Shown here piece by piece: positions 10,123 to 19,689 of a stretch of DNA of 64,000 nt. The notes below the pieces were generated by a model. The model had not been told where the DNA came from. It saw only the letters and a list, made by a program, of their open reading frames with translations, and ran no database searches. Each line of letters opens with the position of its first letter. Within the stretch, counting starts at the first letter, position 1. The translations under genes were made by a program, and so were the position numbers. The stretch is taken from the IMG/VR virus record IMGVR_UViG_3300014202_000879, positions 1-64,000 of that record, one strand, 5' to 3'. The DNA comes from a virus.

Positions 10123-11273
10123 ACAGCTATGCCGATGTCCTGAATGTCGTGCATCATGACCTGGTACAGACTGTGGATCTCTCCGTACGAATAGTTGTTG
10201 TCCAGAACCTTCTTGAGTTCACGGTTCAAAACAATGGGTCTGAGTTCTAGCTTCAAATGGTTCCACAGGTCGATGTTCTTGCGCTCACCTGCTTTACCAC
10301 CTATTTCTCTCAAAGCCTTAATCAGCTTCAGGCGGCTCGCCAGCAGAGCCCAGTTTATCTGTAGGGTCACAGGGAACTCAGGTAGCTGTAGTGCCATGTG
10401 TGCATTGGAGTTCTCCACATAGGGCGATGTGTCGTCGATCTGTATAGAAGGAAGACTCCTCAGATGCGATTCGTAGGGCAACGACCTGTTGTTGACGGCT
10501 TTGTACACATCTTGTGCCATATCGTCGACCTTGTCGTTGTAGTCAATCAAAGCCACCTGTGGTTTGACCAGAACGTCATCCATGGGTCTACCATAGTGTA
10601 CGTTTATGAACTTGTTTACGATAGCCAAGTTCATGTTGGATTCGATCATGTTGGGTAGGACATACATGTGTACGAAATGCCCCTCACTCAGGCTTGTGAA
10701 AGCCCCTGGGTTATTTCTTCTGGACAACTGGTATTTCATGAAGCAGTAGAACTGCAACATCAGCAAAGGAACATCGACGGTGTAGAAAGACAATCCCGAT
10801 GCTGTCGTATTTCTTTTGCCATCCAAGATATGGAATGACAAACAAGAGTCCTCGTGGCTTAGACACTTAACCGCTTGCAGGTGCATCCAGCGGTCATCGG
10901 TCATGTAGTCAGCAAAAATATCGACAAAGCTGTCCTTGGCCAAAATGACTTCAGGCGATTCCTCATCTCTGAAGACACCATAGTGGACTTTACCAAAACT
11001 GATAGGTGTGGTCAAATCCAGTGTCCTGACAACATAAGGATATCTGGCACCTACCAACCTCATGAAAGCCTCAATCTCCATATCGGGGCTGCTCATGAGT
11101 ATACCGATCAGCTTACATAAGAGATGGCTGTTTTTAACAGTACGAGTAGCGTGGTTGTAGTACCTCACCGCTTTCTTTATCTCTCGGATATAACTGGACA
11201 TAATCCAGTACTGGTTTGGCGGAACCGTCACAGAAAACGATTGCGTCGTGTAGGAGTTGAAGAGATTCATCAT
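10119..11273 (-). CDS. Conserved hypothetical protein (phiKZ gp53-like)
   Basis: 384-aa ORF divergent from chimallin; synteny. Confidence 0.65.
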   Translation of the reverse strand: MMNLFNSYTTQSFSVTVPPNQYWIMSSYIREIKKAVRYYNHATRTVKNSHLLCKLIGILMSSPDMEIEAFMRLVGARYPYVVRTLDLTTPISFGKVHYGVFRDEESPEVILAKDSFVDIFADYMTDDRWMHLQAVKCLSHEDSCLSFHILDGKRNTTASGLSFYTVDVPLLMLQFYCFMKYQLSRRNNPGAFTSLSEGHFVHMYVLPNMIESNMNLAIVNKFINVHYGRPMDDVLVKPQVALIDYNDKVDDMAQDVYKAVNNRSLPYESHLRSLPSIQIDDTSPYVENSNAHMALQLPEFPVTLQINWALLASRLKLIKALREIGGKAGERKNIDLWNHLKLELRPIVLNRELKKVLDNNYSYGEIHSLYQVMMHDIQDIGIAV

Positions 11274-11482
11274 GATGTAGGGTCGCCAAGTCCGTTTGTT
11301 GTTTGAGTGGGTTAGTCATACGATCATCTGAAAAATTCGTTATGACTGACGTTACGTATTTTATTCATGTGTCAGTGTATATAGGATGGACACATAAACA
11401 TCATCGGTGAAAACTGGTGATGGCTCCGGACGGAGGTTTATTTTAGGTATACAGAAACCTGTTTCTAAACAGGGATTATGAA

Positions 11483-11498
11483 CATATACTTAGAATGA
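11483..11498 (+). promoter_or_regulatory. Putative early promoter, motif YATATACY-N5-TGA
   Basis: catatact-tagaa-tga. The motif recurs at least 9 times at starts of transcription units. Confidence 0.6.
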
Positions 11499-11566
11499 GC
11501 CTATGTCAGTAGTGACCAAAGCTTAACTTGCAAGTTCTTTAACCCCCGAGCGATCTAGGAGATCCA

Positions 11567-13450
11567 ATGACATTCACAGTGAACGACGAAGAGAATCCAG
11601 CCGCCGCCCAAGGCGCAGCAGCCTACACCGTTCCGCCGGTGTTCCCGAACGCCGCCACCAACGGCCAACCGCCTGCCAAAATGAGCCTGTCGGCTGCACT
11701 GTCTGGCGTCACCCGCACCGTGTCGGCCGATGCCGGTACGGAGGCCTTGACCAACTTCATGTTGGTGGCAGACGAAATCAAGAAGTCGATGCCGGTGAAC
11801 GGTGACTTCAGCGTGGCCCTTGTTCCGCTGGACCGCCAAACCCACAACGTGGGGTATTTTTCCGTCTGCGCAGTGATGGCGCAGTTCACGAAGTACCCCG
11901 AGCTGGCAGCGTACCATTTGCTGATCATCGCCGACAGCAATCTCCCAATGCCCGACAAAACCCTGCTCGGCCCCGGCAACAGCAAGTTCACCTTGCCCCA
12001 GGTCGACGGCAGTGCCTACGACAAAGAGCAGTGTCAGCTGGTGGACAAACACCTGTTGGCTCGCTTCCAAAAACAAGTCAAGCTGATCACGGCCGACGGC
12101 ACCGTTGTGCCACGTGGTTTCGACCTCAAGAACCGCGACCAGATCCGTGGCCTCATCGCCAACGCAATTTTCGCGTGTGCAAACGAGGTCAAGGTGATGA
12201 CCGGCCAACGGTGGATGTTCGATGCAAACAAAATGACGTTGGAACCCAACAACACCAAAGTGGCCTTCAACTTCTCCGGCGGCGAGAGCGCCATCTCCTA
12301 CGACATCGATGGGCAACCCTTCCGCTCTTCTGTGTCGGTGACGCTGACGAACCAGCCGGAACGCAACAGCAACGAGAGCATTCACACCGCCGGAAACGTG
12401 GCCGTCATCGGGCAACTGTTGGGTCACATCGAAGCGGTGTACGCTGGCCCCCGCAGCTCGTTGATCACCGACGACAACCGCTATCGCTGTCTGGCGCCGA
12501 TGATGGTGGTGAACAACTTCCACTCCACGGTGGAACGCACGTTGCCCAACTTGCTGCTGACGCTGTACAGCGGCATCATCCTGGCCGCCGACAACCGCTG
12601 GATGAATGCCTTCCGTCTGGCCGCTGGAAGCGACAACAAGAGCAAGGTCGACCTGTCGAACCCCGGCAACCTGAACGCATTGGCCAAGATTCCCGTGGCC
12701 GACAAACCGACTCCTGCCGATTCCCAGTTCGGCCAGATCATGCCCATCAGCCAGAGCGAGTTCGGCACCAGCATGTTCAGCAAGTACCTGGACGCCATCT
12801 TTCACCCTGGCACCATGCTCTTTGCGGTGGACTACCAAAGCCGTGGCCCAACCAGCTGGCTGTTCGAGCCCTTCATGGCGGCAGCTCAGGGCCGTGGCCG
12901 TGGCGTCGACGAGATCTGCGACATCATCAACGTGGGCACCGGTGGCATCTTCGCGACCAAGTTCAACAAGAAGACGCAGCCGGTTTTCATGCACTCGTTG
13001 CTGATGCGTTCCGGCAGCTTCGATGGCGGCAATGGCAAACGCCTGCCCCTGTCCCTCACCGACTTGACCTACGTGACCGGTGCATGCGCCAATACGCACC
13101 CCGATGCCATCCGCGACTGGTTGGAAACCATGACCGACGGCAAGTACTCGCAGCAGTTCCGTCTGCATGGCCGCGATGCACTCCAAAAGATGCTGACCAA
13201 CCAGCGTGATGTGAAGTTCACCGGTGAAACCGTGCGTCTGGTGTTCAGCACCGAGTTCATCAAGGCTGTGCTCAGCAGCTACCTCGAAGCCAAGGTGTTC
13301 CCTGGCGTGATCGACGATCCGACCTCGGGCAACTTCGTGCAGGCCAACCTGACCAGCCCATGGGCACTGAATGGTCTGAACCTGGCCAGCGGTTTCGGCA
13401 CCACCACCAACACCTCGTCGATGGGCTGGTCTTCGATGCGCTACTCCTAA
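11567..13450 (+). CDS. chmA: Chimallin, major phage nuclear shell protein
   Basis: 627 aa, typical chimallin size. AGGAG RBS and strong C-ending codon bias. Lies immediately upstream of the nvRNAP beta' gene and downstream of the polB subunit, the diagnostic locus. Confidence 0.85.
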   Translation: MTFTVNDEENPAAAQGAAAYTVPPVFPNAATNGQPPAKMSLSAALSGVTRTVSADAGTEALTNFMLVADEIKKSMPVNGDFSVALVPLDRQTHNVGYFSVCAVMAQFTKYPELAAYHLLIIADSNLPMPDKTLLGPGNSKFTLPQVDGSAYDKEQCQLVDKHLLARFQKQVKLITADGTVVPRGFDLKNRDQIRGLIANAIFACANEVKVMTGQRWMFDANKMTLEPNNTKVAFNFSGGESAISYDIDGQPFRSSVSVTLTNQPERNSNESIHTAGNVAVIGQLLGHIEAVYAGPRSSLITDDNRYRCLAPMMVVNNFHSTVERTLPNLLLTLYSGIILAADNRWMNAFRLAAGSDNKSKVDLSNPGNLNALAKIPVADKPTPADSQFGQIMPISQSEFGTSMFSKYLDAIFHPGTMLFAVDYQSRGPTSWLFEPFMAAAQGRGRGVDEICDIINVGTGGIFATKFNKKTQPVFMHSLLMRSGSFDGGNGKRLPLSLTDLTYVTGACANTHPDAIRDWLETMTDGKYSQQFRLHGRDALQKMLTNQRDVKFTGETVRLVFSTEFIKAVLSSYLEAKVFPGVIDDPTSGNFVQANLTSPWALNGLNLASGFGTTTNTSSMGWSSMRYS

Positions 13451-13470
13451 GCTCAAAGCCTGGGTGATCT

Positions 13471-13521
13471 AAGACACCGCACTTGCACTTTATGATGCAA
13501 GTGCGGTGGTCTTTTTTCTTT
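13471..13521 (+). terminator. Intrinsic terminator after chimallin
   Basis: caccgcacttgca/tgcaagtgcggtg plus T-tract. Confidence 0.85.
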
Positions 13522-13539
13522 GTCTAACCGAGGAGCATT

Positions 13540-14949
13540 GTGCCGACTTTCCAGGAAATCATCGACTACTCAAAGGTCCAATCGGACAAGACAATCATCA
13601 TCAACGACCTGTCTACCAAAAGACAAGAGGACAGGAACTTGGTGGCAGAGATGACGATGACGTCATTTCAGGGTGATCGTGTCACACTCTTACCCAGGTG
13701 CAAATGTGGGGCCACAGAAGGATTCTTTCCACCCAAGACTCTGTGTACGGTGTGCGGCTATGAAATTAAGAACGACATCACGCAACCCATCGACTACGCT
13801 TTGTGGTTCAGGAAACCCAAAGGTGTGAATGCATTGATCAACCCACACTACTGGTTGGCTCTGAAATCCATCCTCGATACTTCTGGGTTCAATATTCTGC
13901 TGTACTTGACCGACAGAGATTACAGACCAAAACAGAAAAACACCCCTATGATCGGTGCTCTGATCAACGCGGGTGTAGCCGATAGAGGCTACAACTATTT
14001 TGTCGACAACATCTTCACGATACTGCAAGCATGCATGACGATAAAGAAGTTGGCGGGCAAAGTAGTCAAACTCAAAGCTCTGGTGGCCAAGATGATCAGC
14101 CAGCCGGACGTGGTGCTTACCGACTACATTCCCTTACCAAACAAAACAGTTTTGGTGATGGAGTTCAATAGCCTGGGTATCTTCAGATCGGCCAGTATGG
14201 CTGAAGCCAGGGACGCTATAAACACCATGGTGGGTATCGACGACATGCCCTTCATCAGGAACATTCAGAACAGGACAGCAAAGTGCCTGGACAAAATCTG
14301 TGTGTTCTACACCAAGTACTTCGATTCCAACTTCAAGCCAAAAGAAGGCTGGATACGCAAACATTTGGCAGGATCTCGGCTAAACTTCACATTCAGATGT
14401 GTGCTGACATCCATCACGCAACCGCACGACTACGATGAACTGCATGTGCCGTGGTGTATGGCCGTGGTGACATTCAATCACCATTTGGTGTCCAAGCTGA
14501 TGAAGCTCAAAGACACACCCTACAGTTTGTCGGAAGCCAACAAACTGATCTACGATCACGCCAACACGTACCACCCCCTATTGGCACAATTACTCGATAG
14601 CTTCATCACCGACGCCAACAACCAGCTGTACTGTATTGTCCATCGCAATCCATCGATGGCCATAGGTAGTGCGCAAAGGATGCGCATAGTGAAGTTCAAA
14701 AAAGACACACTCGACAGGAGCATGAGCACCTCCATCCTGTCGATGAAGGCCATGACGGCCGATGTGGACGGTGACTTCTTGAATGCGTTCTTGCCCATGG
14801 ATATCTCCATATCGCTGGAAATGCAAATGCTGGATCTCTCCAGCTCCGTTTATGACTTTGATGAACCACTGAAGCTAGGTGGCTACACAGCTTTGTCCAA
14901 GCCTTGTGTGGTCAACACAGCCATGTGGTTGTCAGAGATCCCTCTTTAG
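13540..14949 (+). CDS. Non-virion RNA polymerase beta' N-terminal subunit (phiKZ gp55-like)
   Basis: Zn finger CKCG...CTVCG. Also GWIRKHLAGSR, HRNPS and catalytic ADVDGD. GTG start with GAGGAG RBS. Confidence 0.9.
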   Translation: MPTFQEIIDYSKVQSDKTIIINDLSTKRQEDRNLVAEMTMTSFQGDRVTLLPRCKCGATEGFFPPKTLCTVCGYEIKNDITQPIDYALWFRKPKGVNALINPHYWLALKSILDTSGFNILLYLTDRDYRPKQKNTPMIGALINAGVADRGYNYFVDNIFTILQACMTIKKLAGKVVKLKALVAKMISQPDVVLTDYIPLPNKTVLVMEFNSLGIFRSASMAEARDAINTMVGIDDMPFIRNIQNRTAKCLDKICVFYTKYFDSNFKPKEGWIRKHLAGSRLNFTFRCVLTSITQPHDYDELHVPWCMAVVTFNHHLVSKLMKLKDTPYSLSEANKLIYDHANTYHPLLAQLLDSFITDANNQLYCIVHRNPSMAIGSAQRMRIVKFKKDTLDRSMSTSILSMKAMTADVDGDFLNAFLPMDISISLEMQMLDLSSSVYDFDEPLKLGGYTALSKPCVVNTAMWLSEIPL

Positions 14950-14960
14950 AGAAAGAAAAC

Positions 14961-15581
14961 ATGGCAGGAATCCAAACTGTTGTTCGAGAAATCAACGACC
15001 CTCTGCTGTACGACCACCTGCTGTACCCCGAGCTGTCACAACAGTCACAGTTATGGATACAGCAAAGTGTCAATGCACCCACAGACCACCTGACACAACA
15101 AGGCTTGTTGTTCGTTAAGCAGATCCAGCAGACGTACGCAGATATGTACGACGCAGCTCGGGTACGCAAACTCAGAGAAGCACTCGCTGAGCTGCAACAA
15201 GACAAAAGCCCATTGGACAACATCTACATCATGATGGACCCCATTGAGTTCAGAGATGCTACGCCGATCATGCAGCGGTTCGTTATGGCCAACCCAGAAA
15301 TACGACTGGACTGGCAAAAGCAACGGCTGTTTGGCTACGAAGGTTCTTACATCGACACGGACCCGGATGCCATCGGCGACAACCATTACGACTACAGGCG
15401 TGTCATCAATGGCATCGAGATGTACACAGACAAAGACGGCTACGTCACCAAGATCTTCGAGGAGGATCTCAGACCAAACGACAAAGAGCTGTCTTTCGGA
15501 GAACAAATCAAGTTACACATGACCTGGGAAGCAGGCAACTTGATGCGATCCCTGGGCATAGACCCCACAAGAAGCTACTGA
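14961..15581 (+). CDS. Conserved Chimalliviridae hypothetical protein
   Basis: 206 aa, MQRFVMANP...YDYRRVINGI; synteny. Confidence 0.7.
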   Translation: MAGIQTVVREINDPLLYDHLLYPELSQQSQLWIQQSVNAPTDHLTQQGLLFVKQIQQTYADMYDAARVRKLREALAELQQDKSPLDNIYIMMDPIEFRDATPIMQRFVMANPEIRLDWQKQRLFGYEGSYIDTDPDAIGDNHYDYRRVINGIEMYTDKDGYVTKIFEEDLRPNDKELSFGEQIKLHMTWEAGNLMRSLGIDPTRSY

Positions 15582-15586
15582 CGCAA

Positions 15587-15620
15587 AGCCATGTGCAGCC
15601 ACCAGCGGCTGCACATGGCT
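15587..15620 (+). terminator. Intergenic hairpin/terminator
   Basis: agccatgtgcagcc/ggctgcacatggct. Confidence 0.65.
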
Positions 15621-15679
15621 GTCTTTCCTTATTAGTTTATCATTTAGCCCAATGATTTGAATGAAAAACAAGGACTCTC

Positions 15680-16072
15680 ATGCCCAGTAAACAATATCAT
15701 GCTTCGCTCTCCGAGAATGGCTGGACCAACCAACCACTGCAAGTCTCTAGTGAGCTGTTACTGAACCTTTTCACAACACAGACGTCCCAGACTTATCTTT
15801 TTGCAGGTAAGATGGCATCCTACGCATACATCTCACAAAAGTTCCAGAACGACCCAGAAGGTATGGCGCAAGAAATCAATTCTTTGCTGCAGGCCAAGCT
15901 GTCCAGTCAGTTCGACAATGTGGTTGTGCAAACCAGCGTGTACAACGAAGACGGTGTGAGTAAGGCCATCAATGTGGCTGCATCCTATACCGACTCTGAA
16001 GGGAAATCGTACGACCTTAGTCGTGTGGTTGTTATGACTGAACTCGATATCAGCAAAATTCAATTGGCTTAA
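15680..16072 (+). CDS. Conserved hypothetical protein
   Basis: 130 aa, AAGGA RBS. Confidence 0.7.
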   Translation: MPSKQYHASLSENGWTNQPLQVSSELLLNLFTTQTSQTYLFAGKMASYAYISQKFQNDPEGMAQEINSLLQAKLSSQFDNVVVQTSVYNEDGVSKAINVAASYTDSEGKSYDLSRVVVMTELDISKIQLA

Positions 16073-16087
16073 CAGGAGTATTCGACA

Positions 16088-16630
16088 ATGAATCCCAAAG
16101 ACCTATTCTCGAAAGAGGTCATTCAGCGCATCGCGCCGCTCAACGTCATCGACTTGGTGAAGATCAAAGAATCTGAGTTCCGCCAAGTGTGGCTCAGTTT
16201 CTTTTGTGGCGAAGCACCACGCGATAAAATCAACAACTACCTGAGTGCCTGGAGGGCACTGACAGGCAGTCTGGGCGTCGGCGCTGAGCTGGTGGATGAG
16301 CAGGGCAACAAAATCCTGGACATTCCGCCACTGCGTCGCCATGAGGTGGACTTCAGCAAATGCGACGCGCGTCCAGGCAACACCTACGGCAATATCTTCT
16401 ACCATTACAGCTTGATGCAGGCCAACAGCCCCATGATGGCCAATGTGCAACTCAACCGCATGCTGGCCAAGAAAGCCAACCAGGAACCCAAGCCTGTCTT
16501 GGTCTACGACGAAGAGCAGTGGAAGACCCTGTTTTCACATTTTGGACGCAGCGACTTGCTGCAGAAGATGTCCGGGGCCGTAGCCAACTCCGCCCCGTCA
16601 CTGGACGACGAAGTTTTTGTCTGTGACTAA
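16088..16630 (+). CDS. Conserved hypothetical protein
   Basis: 180 aa, AGGAG RBS. Confidence 0.7.
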   Translation: MNPKDLFSKEVIQRIAPLNVIDLVKIKESEFRQVWLSFFCGEAPRDKINNYLSAWRALTGSLGVGAELVDEQGNKILDIPPLRRHEVDFSKCDARPGNTYGNIFYHYSLMQANSPMMANVQLNRMLAKKANQEPKPVLVYDEEQWKTLFSHFGRSDLLQKMSGAVANSAPSLDDEVFVCD

Positions 16631-17792
16631 ATCCGAGCTGGCACCCAAGCCGATCCCCTCTCTCTTTAGCAAAGAGGGGATCTCTTACTTGGTTATCAGT
16701 GATATCCATTTCTTTCACGACAGAACCAAGACGCAGTCGATCATTGGCCATTTGGACGCCTATTTCCACCACTACGGAAAAAGCAACCTCAGTTGGTTAG
16801 CTATGATCATCATCCCTGGTGATCTTTTCGATCAGCCCATGGAGTTCTCTTGCGATGAGGTCGATGCGGTTTGCCATTGGTTGCTGCGTCTGATGCATTT
16901 CTGTGATAGAAACGGCATCTTGCTCAGGATTATGGAAGGTACCCGTAGCCATGATTCCAGGCAATCCAAAATCACCAAGGTATTGGAAGCTCAGACACCT
17001 GGCTTGAACTTTAAGTATGTCGGTGATATCGAAGTCGAGAAAATAGACTCGCTAGGCATCAGCATACTCTATATACCCGACTCTATCCGAGACACCGAGA
17101 GAGTGGCTTTCTCTGATGCCTGTAAGCTGATGGCGGAGAAAGGCCTGGATAAAGTCGATGTGGTGTTTACACACGGTATGTACAAGCGAGACGCAACTTA
17201 TGGTGTGAATCCAGACAGGCTGCATTTCGAAGAAGACTACCTGTCGATCACCAGGCACTATGTCCACAATGGCCATATCCACACACCTTTCCTTGAAGGT
17301 CGGGTGCTGAACCATGGCTCCTTTGATCGTCTTGCTCACAACGAAGAGCACCCCAAAGGTGGGATAATTGCCCACATTTACGACGATCCAAGCAAAGATC
17401 ATTTTAGCTTCTACGAGAACAAGCTGGCGCAAAGATATGTCAGAGTGTACCTCAGGAACACAGATATCGAGACATGTCTGAAGAGAATAGACAAGGTGGT
17501 GAGCGAACTACCAATTTCCTCGTATGTGCAGATTTGTGCCAAGTCTACACATCCTTTGATGACAGGGTTCTCAGAAGTCAGGGCCAGATACCCCACCATG
17601 GTGATGTCTAAAAACAACACCGATGAGGAAAAGGATAAGAAAGCAGCGGCCAATAAGCCTGAGCAAAACACATATATCCCTATGCCCATCGATGCTGGTA
17701 ACATAGTGAACATCATTCTGGCCAATCTAAATACGCAGTTGGACAGCTCCCAGGTCCAAGAACTCACCAACACACTACAGGAATTGCTATGA
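16617..17792 (+). CDS. sbcD: SbcD/Mre11-like metallophosphoesterase nuclease subunit
   Basis: Metallophosphoesterase motifs SDIH, PGDLFD, GTRSHD, THG, NGHIH and GSFDR. Confidence 0.85.
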   Translation: MSVTKSELAPKPIPSLFSKEGISYLVISDIHFFHDRTKTQSIIGHLDAYFHHYGKSNLSWLAMIIIPGDLFDQPMEFSCDEVDAVCHWLLRLMHFCDRNGILLRIMEGTRSHDSRQSKITKVLEAQTPGLNFKYVGDIEVEKIDSLGISILYIPDSIRDTERVAFSDACKLMAEKGLDKVDVVFTHGMYKRDATYGVNPDRLHFEEDYLSITRHYVHNGHIHTPFLEGRVLNHGSFDRLAHNEEHPKGGIIAHIYDDPSKDHFSFYENKLAQRYVRVYLRNTDIETCLKRIDKVVSELPISSYVQICAKSTHPLMTGFSEVRARYPTMVMSKNNTDEEKDKKAAANKPEQNTYIPMPIDAGNIVNIILANLNTQLDSSQVQELTNTLQELL

Positions 17793-18655
17793 GTACCGTC
17801 TTCTCAGAAAGGACCATGTCGGGATTCCCGCTGTCGATAGGTACATCTATTGCCCTAGAGGCTTTGTTTGATCCAAGGCAAACACCCTACGATGTCGACA
17901 AAAAGATAGAAAAGGTAGATGTTACGCAGTACCAGTCGATCTGGATCAATGTAGCTACCCTGATGAGAAACCTGATGTCATCAGTGGCTGCAGACAGGGC
18001 ATCCCAAATCACCCAGAGTGGTGTGGTCGATACCATACTCACCGAGATGGAGGTCATTCAGAACATCTTTGATCAAGAAGGCAGCTCTCTATGCAAGCCT
18101 ATCTTCTATCTGAACGACTACAAGTCGCTGTACACACCCAAGTTCAAGAACGTGTACATGCGCAAGGACAACACCGATGCTCAGAAGGCATATACCAAAC
18201 ACTTCGATTTCTTGGCTGCTTTCTTGCTAAAGAGCACAGACCAGGTGGTCCATACCGATGGATTCATCAAGCCCACAAATGAGTCCGGCATCAATAGCAT
18301 GCTTTTATCGCACTCGGCTTTCGATCTGTGTAGCGCCAGGCATTTCTCTACCCTTCACCTGTTGGAATCACATTCGGGTGTTTTGAAGAAACCAGCACAA
18401 TGGAACACCAAGTTGTTCCAGATGGGCAAGAGTGACATGACCATACTGCCGTTCTCCTCCAAGATGCTGTTTATCTTTGGTGACAGATACCTCATCATGC
18501 CGCAGCTGCTCGGTGTCAGAAGAGTGGTGTACGACATAGCCTTGGCTAGAAATTGGTCTGGTGCCACCACACGAGAAAAAGTCGACTACTACTTGGAATC
18601 GGATGTGCGAGAACCCATGGTTTTGGCACAGTTAAAAAGTCTCCCTTACGTCTGA
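17789..18655 (+). CDS. Conserved core protein (phiKZ gp66-like)
   Basis: 288 aa, translationally coupled to sbcD by ATGA overlap; synteny. Confidence 0.65.
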   Translation: MSTVFSERTMSGFPLSIGTSIALEALFDPRQTPYDVDKKIEKVDVTQYQSIWINVATLMRNLMSSVAADRASQITQSGVVDTILTEMEVIQNIFDQEGSSLCKPIFYLNDYKSLYTPKFKNVYMRKDNTDAQKAYTKHFDFLAAFLLKSTDQVVHTDGFIKPTNESGINSMLLSHSAFDLCSARHFSTLHLLESHSGVLKKPAQWNTKLFQMGKSDMTILPFSSKMLFIFGDRYLIMPQLLGVRRVVYDIALARNWSGATTREKVDYYLESDVREPMVLAQLKSLPYV

Positions 18656-18682
18656 TAGAGTGTTCAATAACCAGGAGCCATC

Positions 18683-19426
18683 GTGGCACAACCCTTCACC
18701 CCCCGTAACCAGAATTCCAAACGCGCTCCCATCGAGCGCGGTCCCATTCAGAACCTGAACATCCCAGCGATGTGGGCGCCTATCCCAGGCACGAATGAAC
18801 GCGCCAAGTTCCTCTTCTCCGTCCAAGACGGCAATCCGCGCGCCACTGTTTTTTACAACACCATGGAGAAACAGCGGCCGATCAACATCCACATGAAAGC
18901 TCTCGATCTCAAGGTGATCATCATGAAGCTCCGGGAGATGTTGGCCGAAGGCAAGCCGTTCGTTATGGTGGTCGGCAACGCCATGCCCGACTACGTCGAT
19001 GGCAAAATGTCTGGCAAGACCAAGATCTCCGAGTGGTACATCGGCATGGATGACGATGGAACGTTCTGGACTGGTCTCAAGGATCTGGTGGCGCCTCGCC
19101 AGACCGTCAAGTTCAGCTTCATCACGGAAGACTGGCACGATATCAGCATTCGACAAAACGGCGAAACACGTCAGATGTCCAAAGCCGAGTCGTCCAAGCT
19201 GGCTTTTGCATGTACGCTGGGCCTGCTGGACGACTACTTCGCTGTGTTTGCCCGTGGTGGTATCTATGTGGACGATGGCAACTCCATCGATGCTGCTGTG
19301 GCCAACATGATGTTGCCGTCTGATCAAGGTGACGCTACCCTGAAAGGTGGACCCAACATGGTCACCGAGATGCTGACCAAGAAGTTGGAATCGACCATGC
19401 CTGACTTCGACGACATCGCCATGTAA
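18683..19426 (+). CDS. chmC: Probable ChmC nucleus-associated RNA-binding protein
   Basis: 247 aa, AGGAG RBS, high-expression codon bias, acidic tail DFDDIAM. Lies immediately upstream of the sigma-like nvRNAP subunit. Assigned by synteny only. Confidence 0.6.
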   Translation: MAQPFTPRNQNSKRAPIERGPIQNLNIPAMWAPIPGTNERAKFLFSVQDGNPRATVFYNTMEKQRPINIHMKALDLKVIIMKLREMLAEGKPFVMVVGNAMPDYVDGKMSGKTKISEWYIGMDDDGTFWTGLKDLVAPRQTVKFSFITEDWHDISIRQNGETRQMSKAESSKLAFACTLGLLDDYFAVFARGGIYVDDGNSIDAAVANMMLPSDQGDATLKGGPNMVTEMLTKKLESTMPDFDDIAM

Positions 19427-19431
19427 GTCTA

Positions 19432-19464
19432 AGCACCATGGTGGCACTGTGCCACCATGGTGCT
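19432..19464. repeat. Palindrome with 16-bp arms and a 1-nt centre
   Basis: agcaccatggtggcac-t-gtgccaccatggtgct. Confidence 0.9.
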
Positions 19465-19530
19465 ACTCTACTGGTGGGCAGACTTGAAAAAGAGGTGCAA
19501 CCCAGTACGAATCCGACAGTAAGGTACAGT

Positions 19531-19572
19531 GAACTCGCTTCAGCCTAACGGTTGGGTGGGTTCTCTTTTTTT
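19531..19572 (+). terminator. Intrinsic terminator, GU-rich stem
   Basis: gaactcgcttcagcc-taac-ggttgggtgggttc followed by tcttttttt. Confidence 0.6.
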
Positions 19573-19649
19573 CGGTAAAGAGTAAACTATGATCCCTATG
19601 AATTGATTACCGTGTAAATGTGACACTGTTCTGAATGCGGTTTCAGGCA

Positions 19650-19665
19650 CATATACTTAACCTGA
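19650..19665 (+). promoter_or_regulatory. Putative early promoter
   Basis: catatact-taacc-tga. Confidence 0.6.
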
Positions 19666-19689
19666 TCCCAGTGACTATTGTGAAAGGAC

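Noticed and set aside
11555-13456. 633-aa antisense ORF and 392-aa alternate-frame ORF over chimallin
   Set aside because: Shadow ORFs caused by the strong C-ending codon bias of a highly expressed gene. No RBS or plausible composition.
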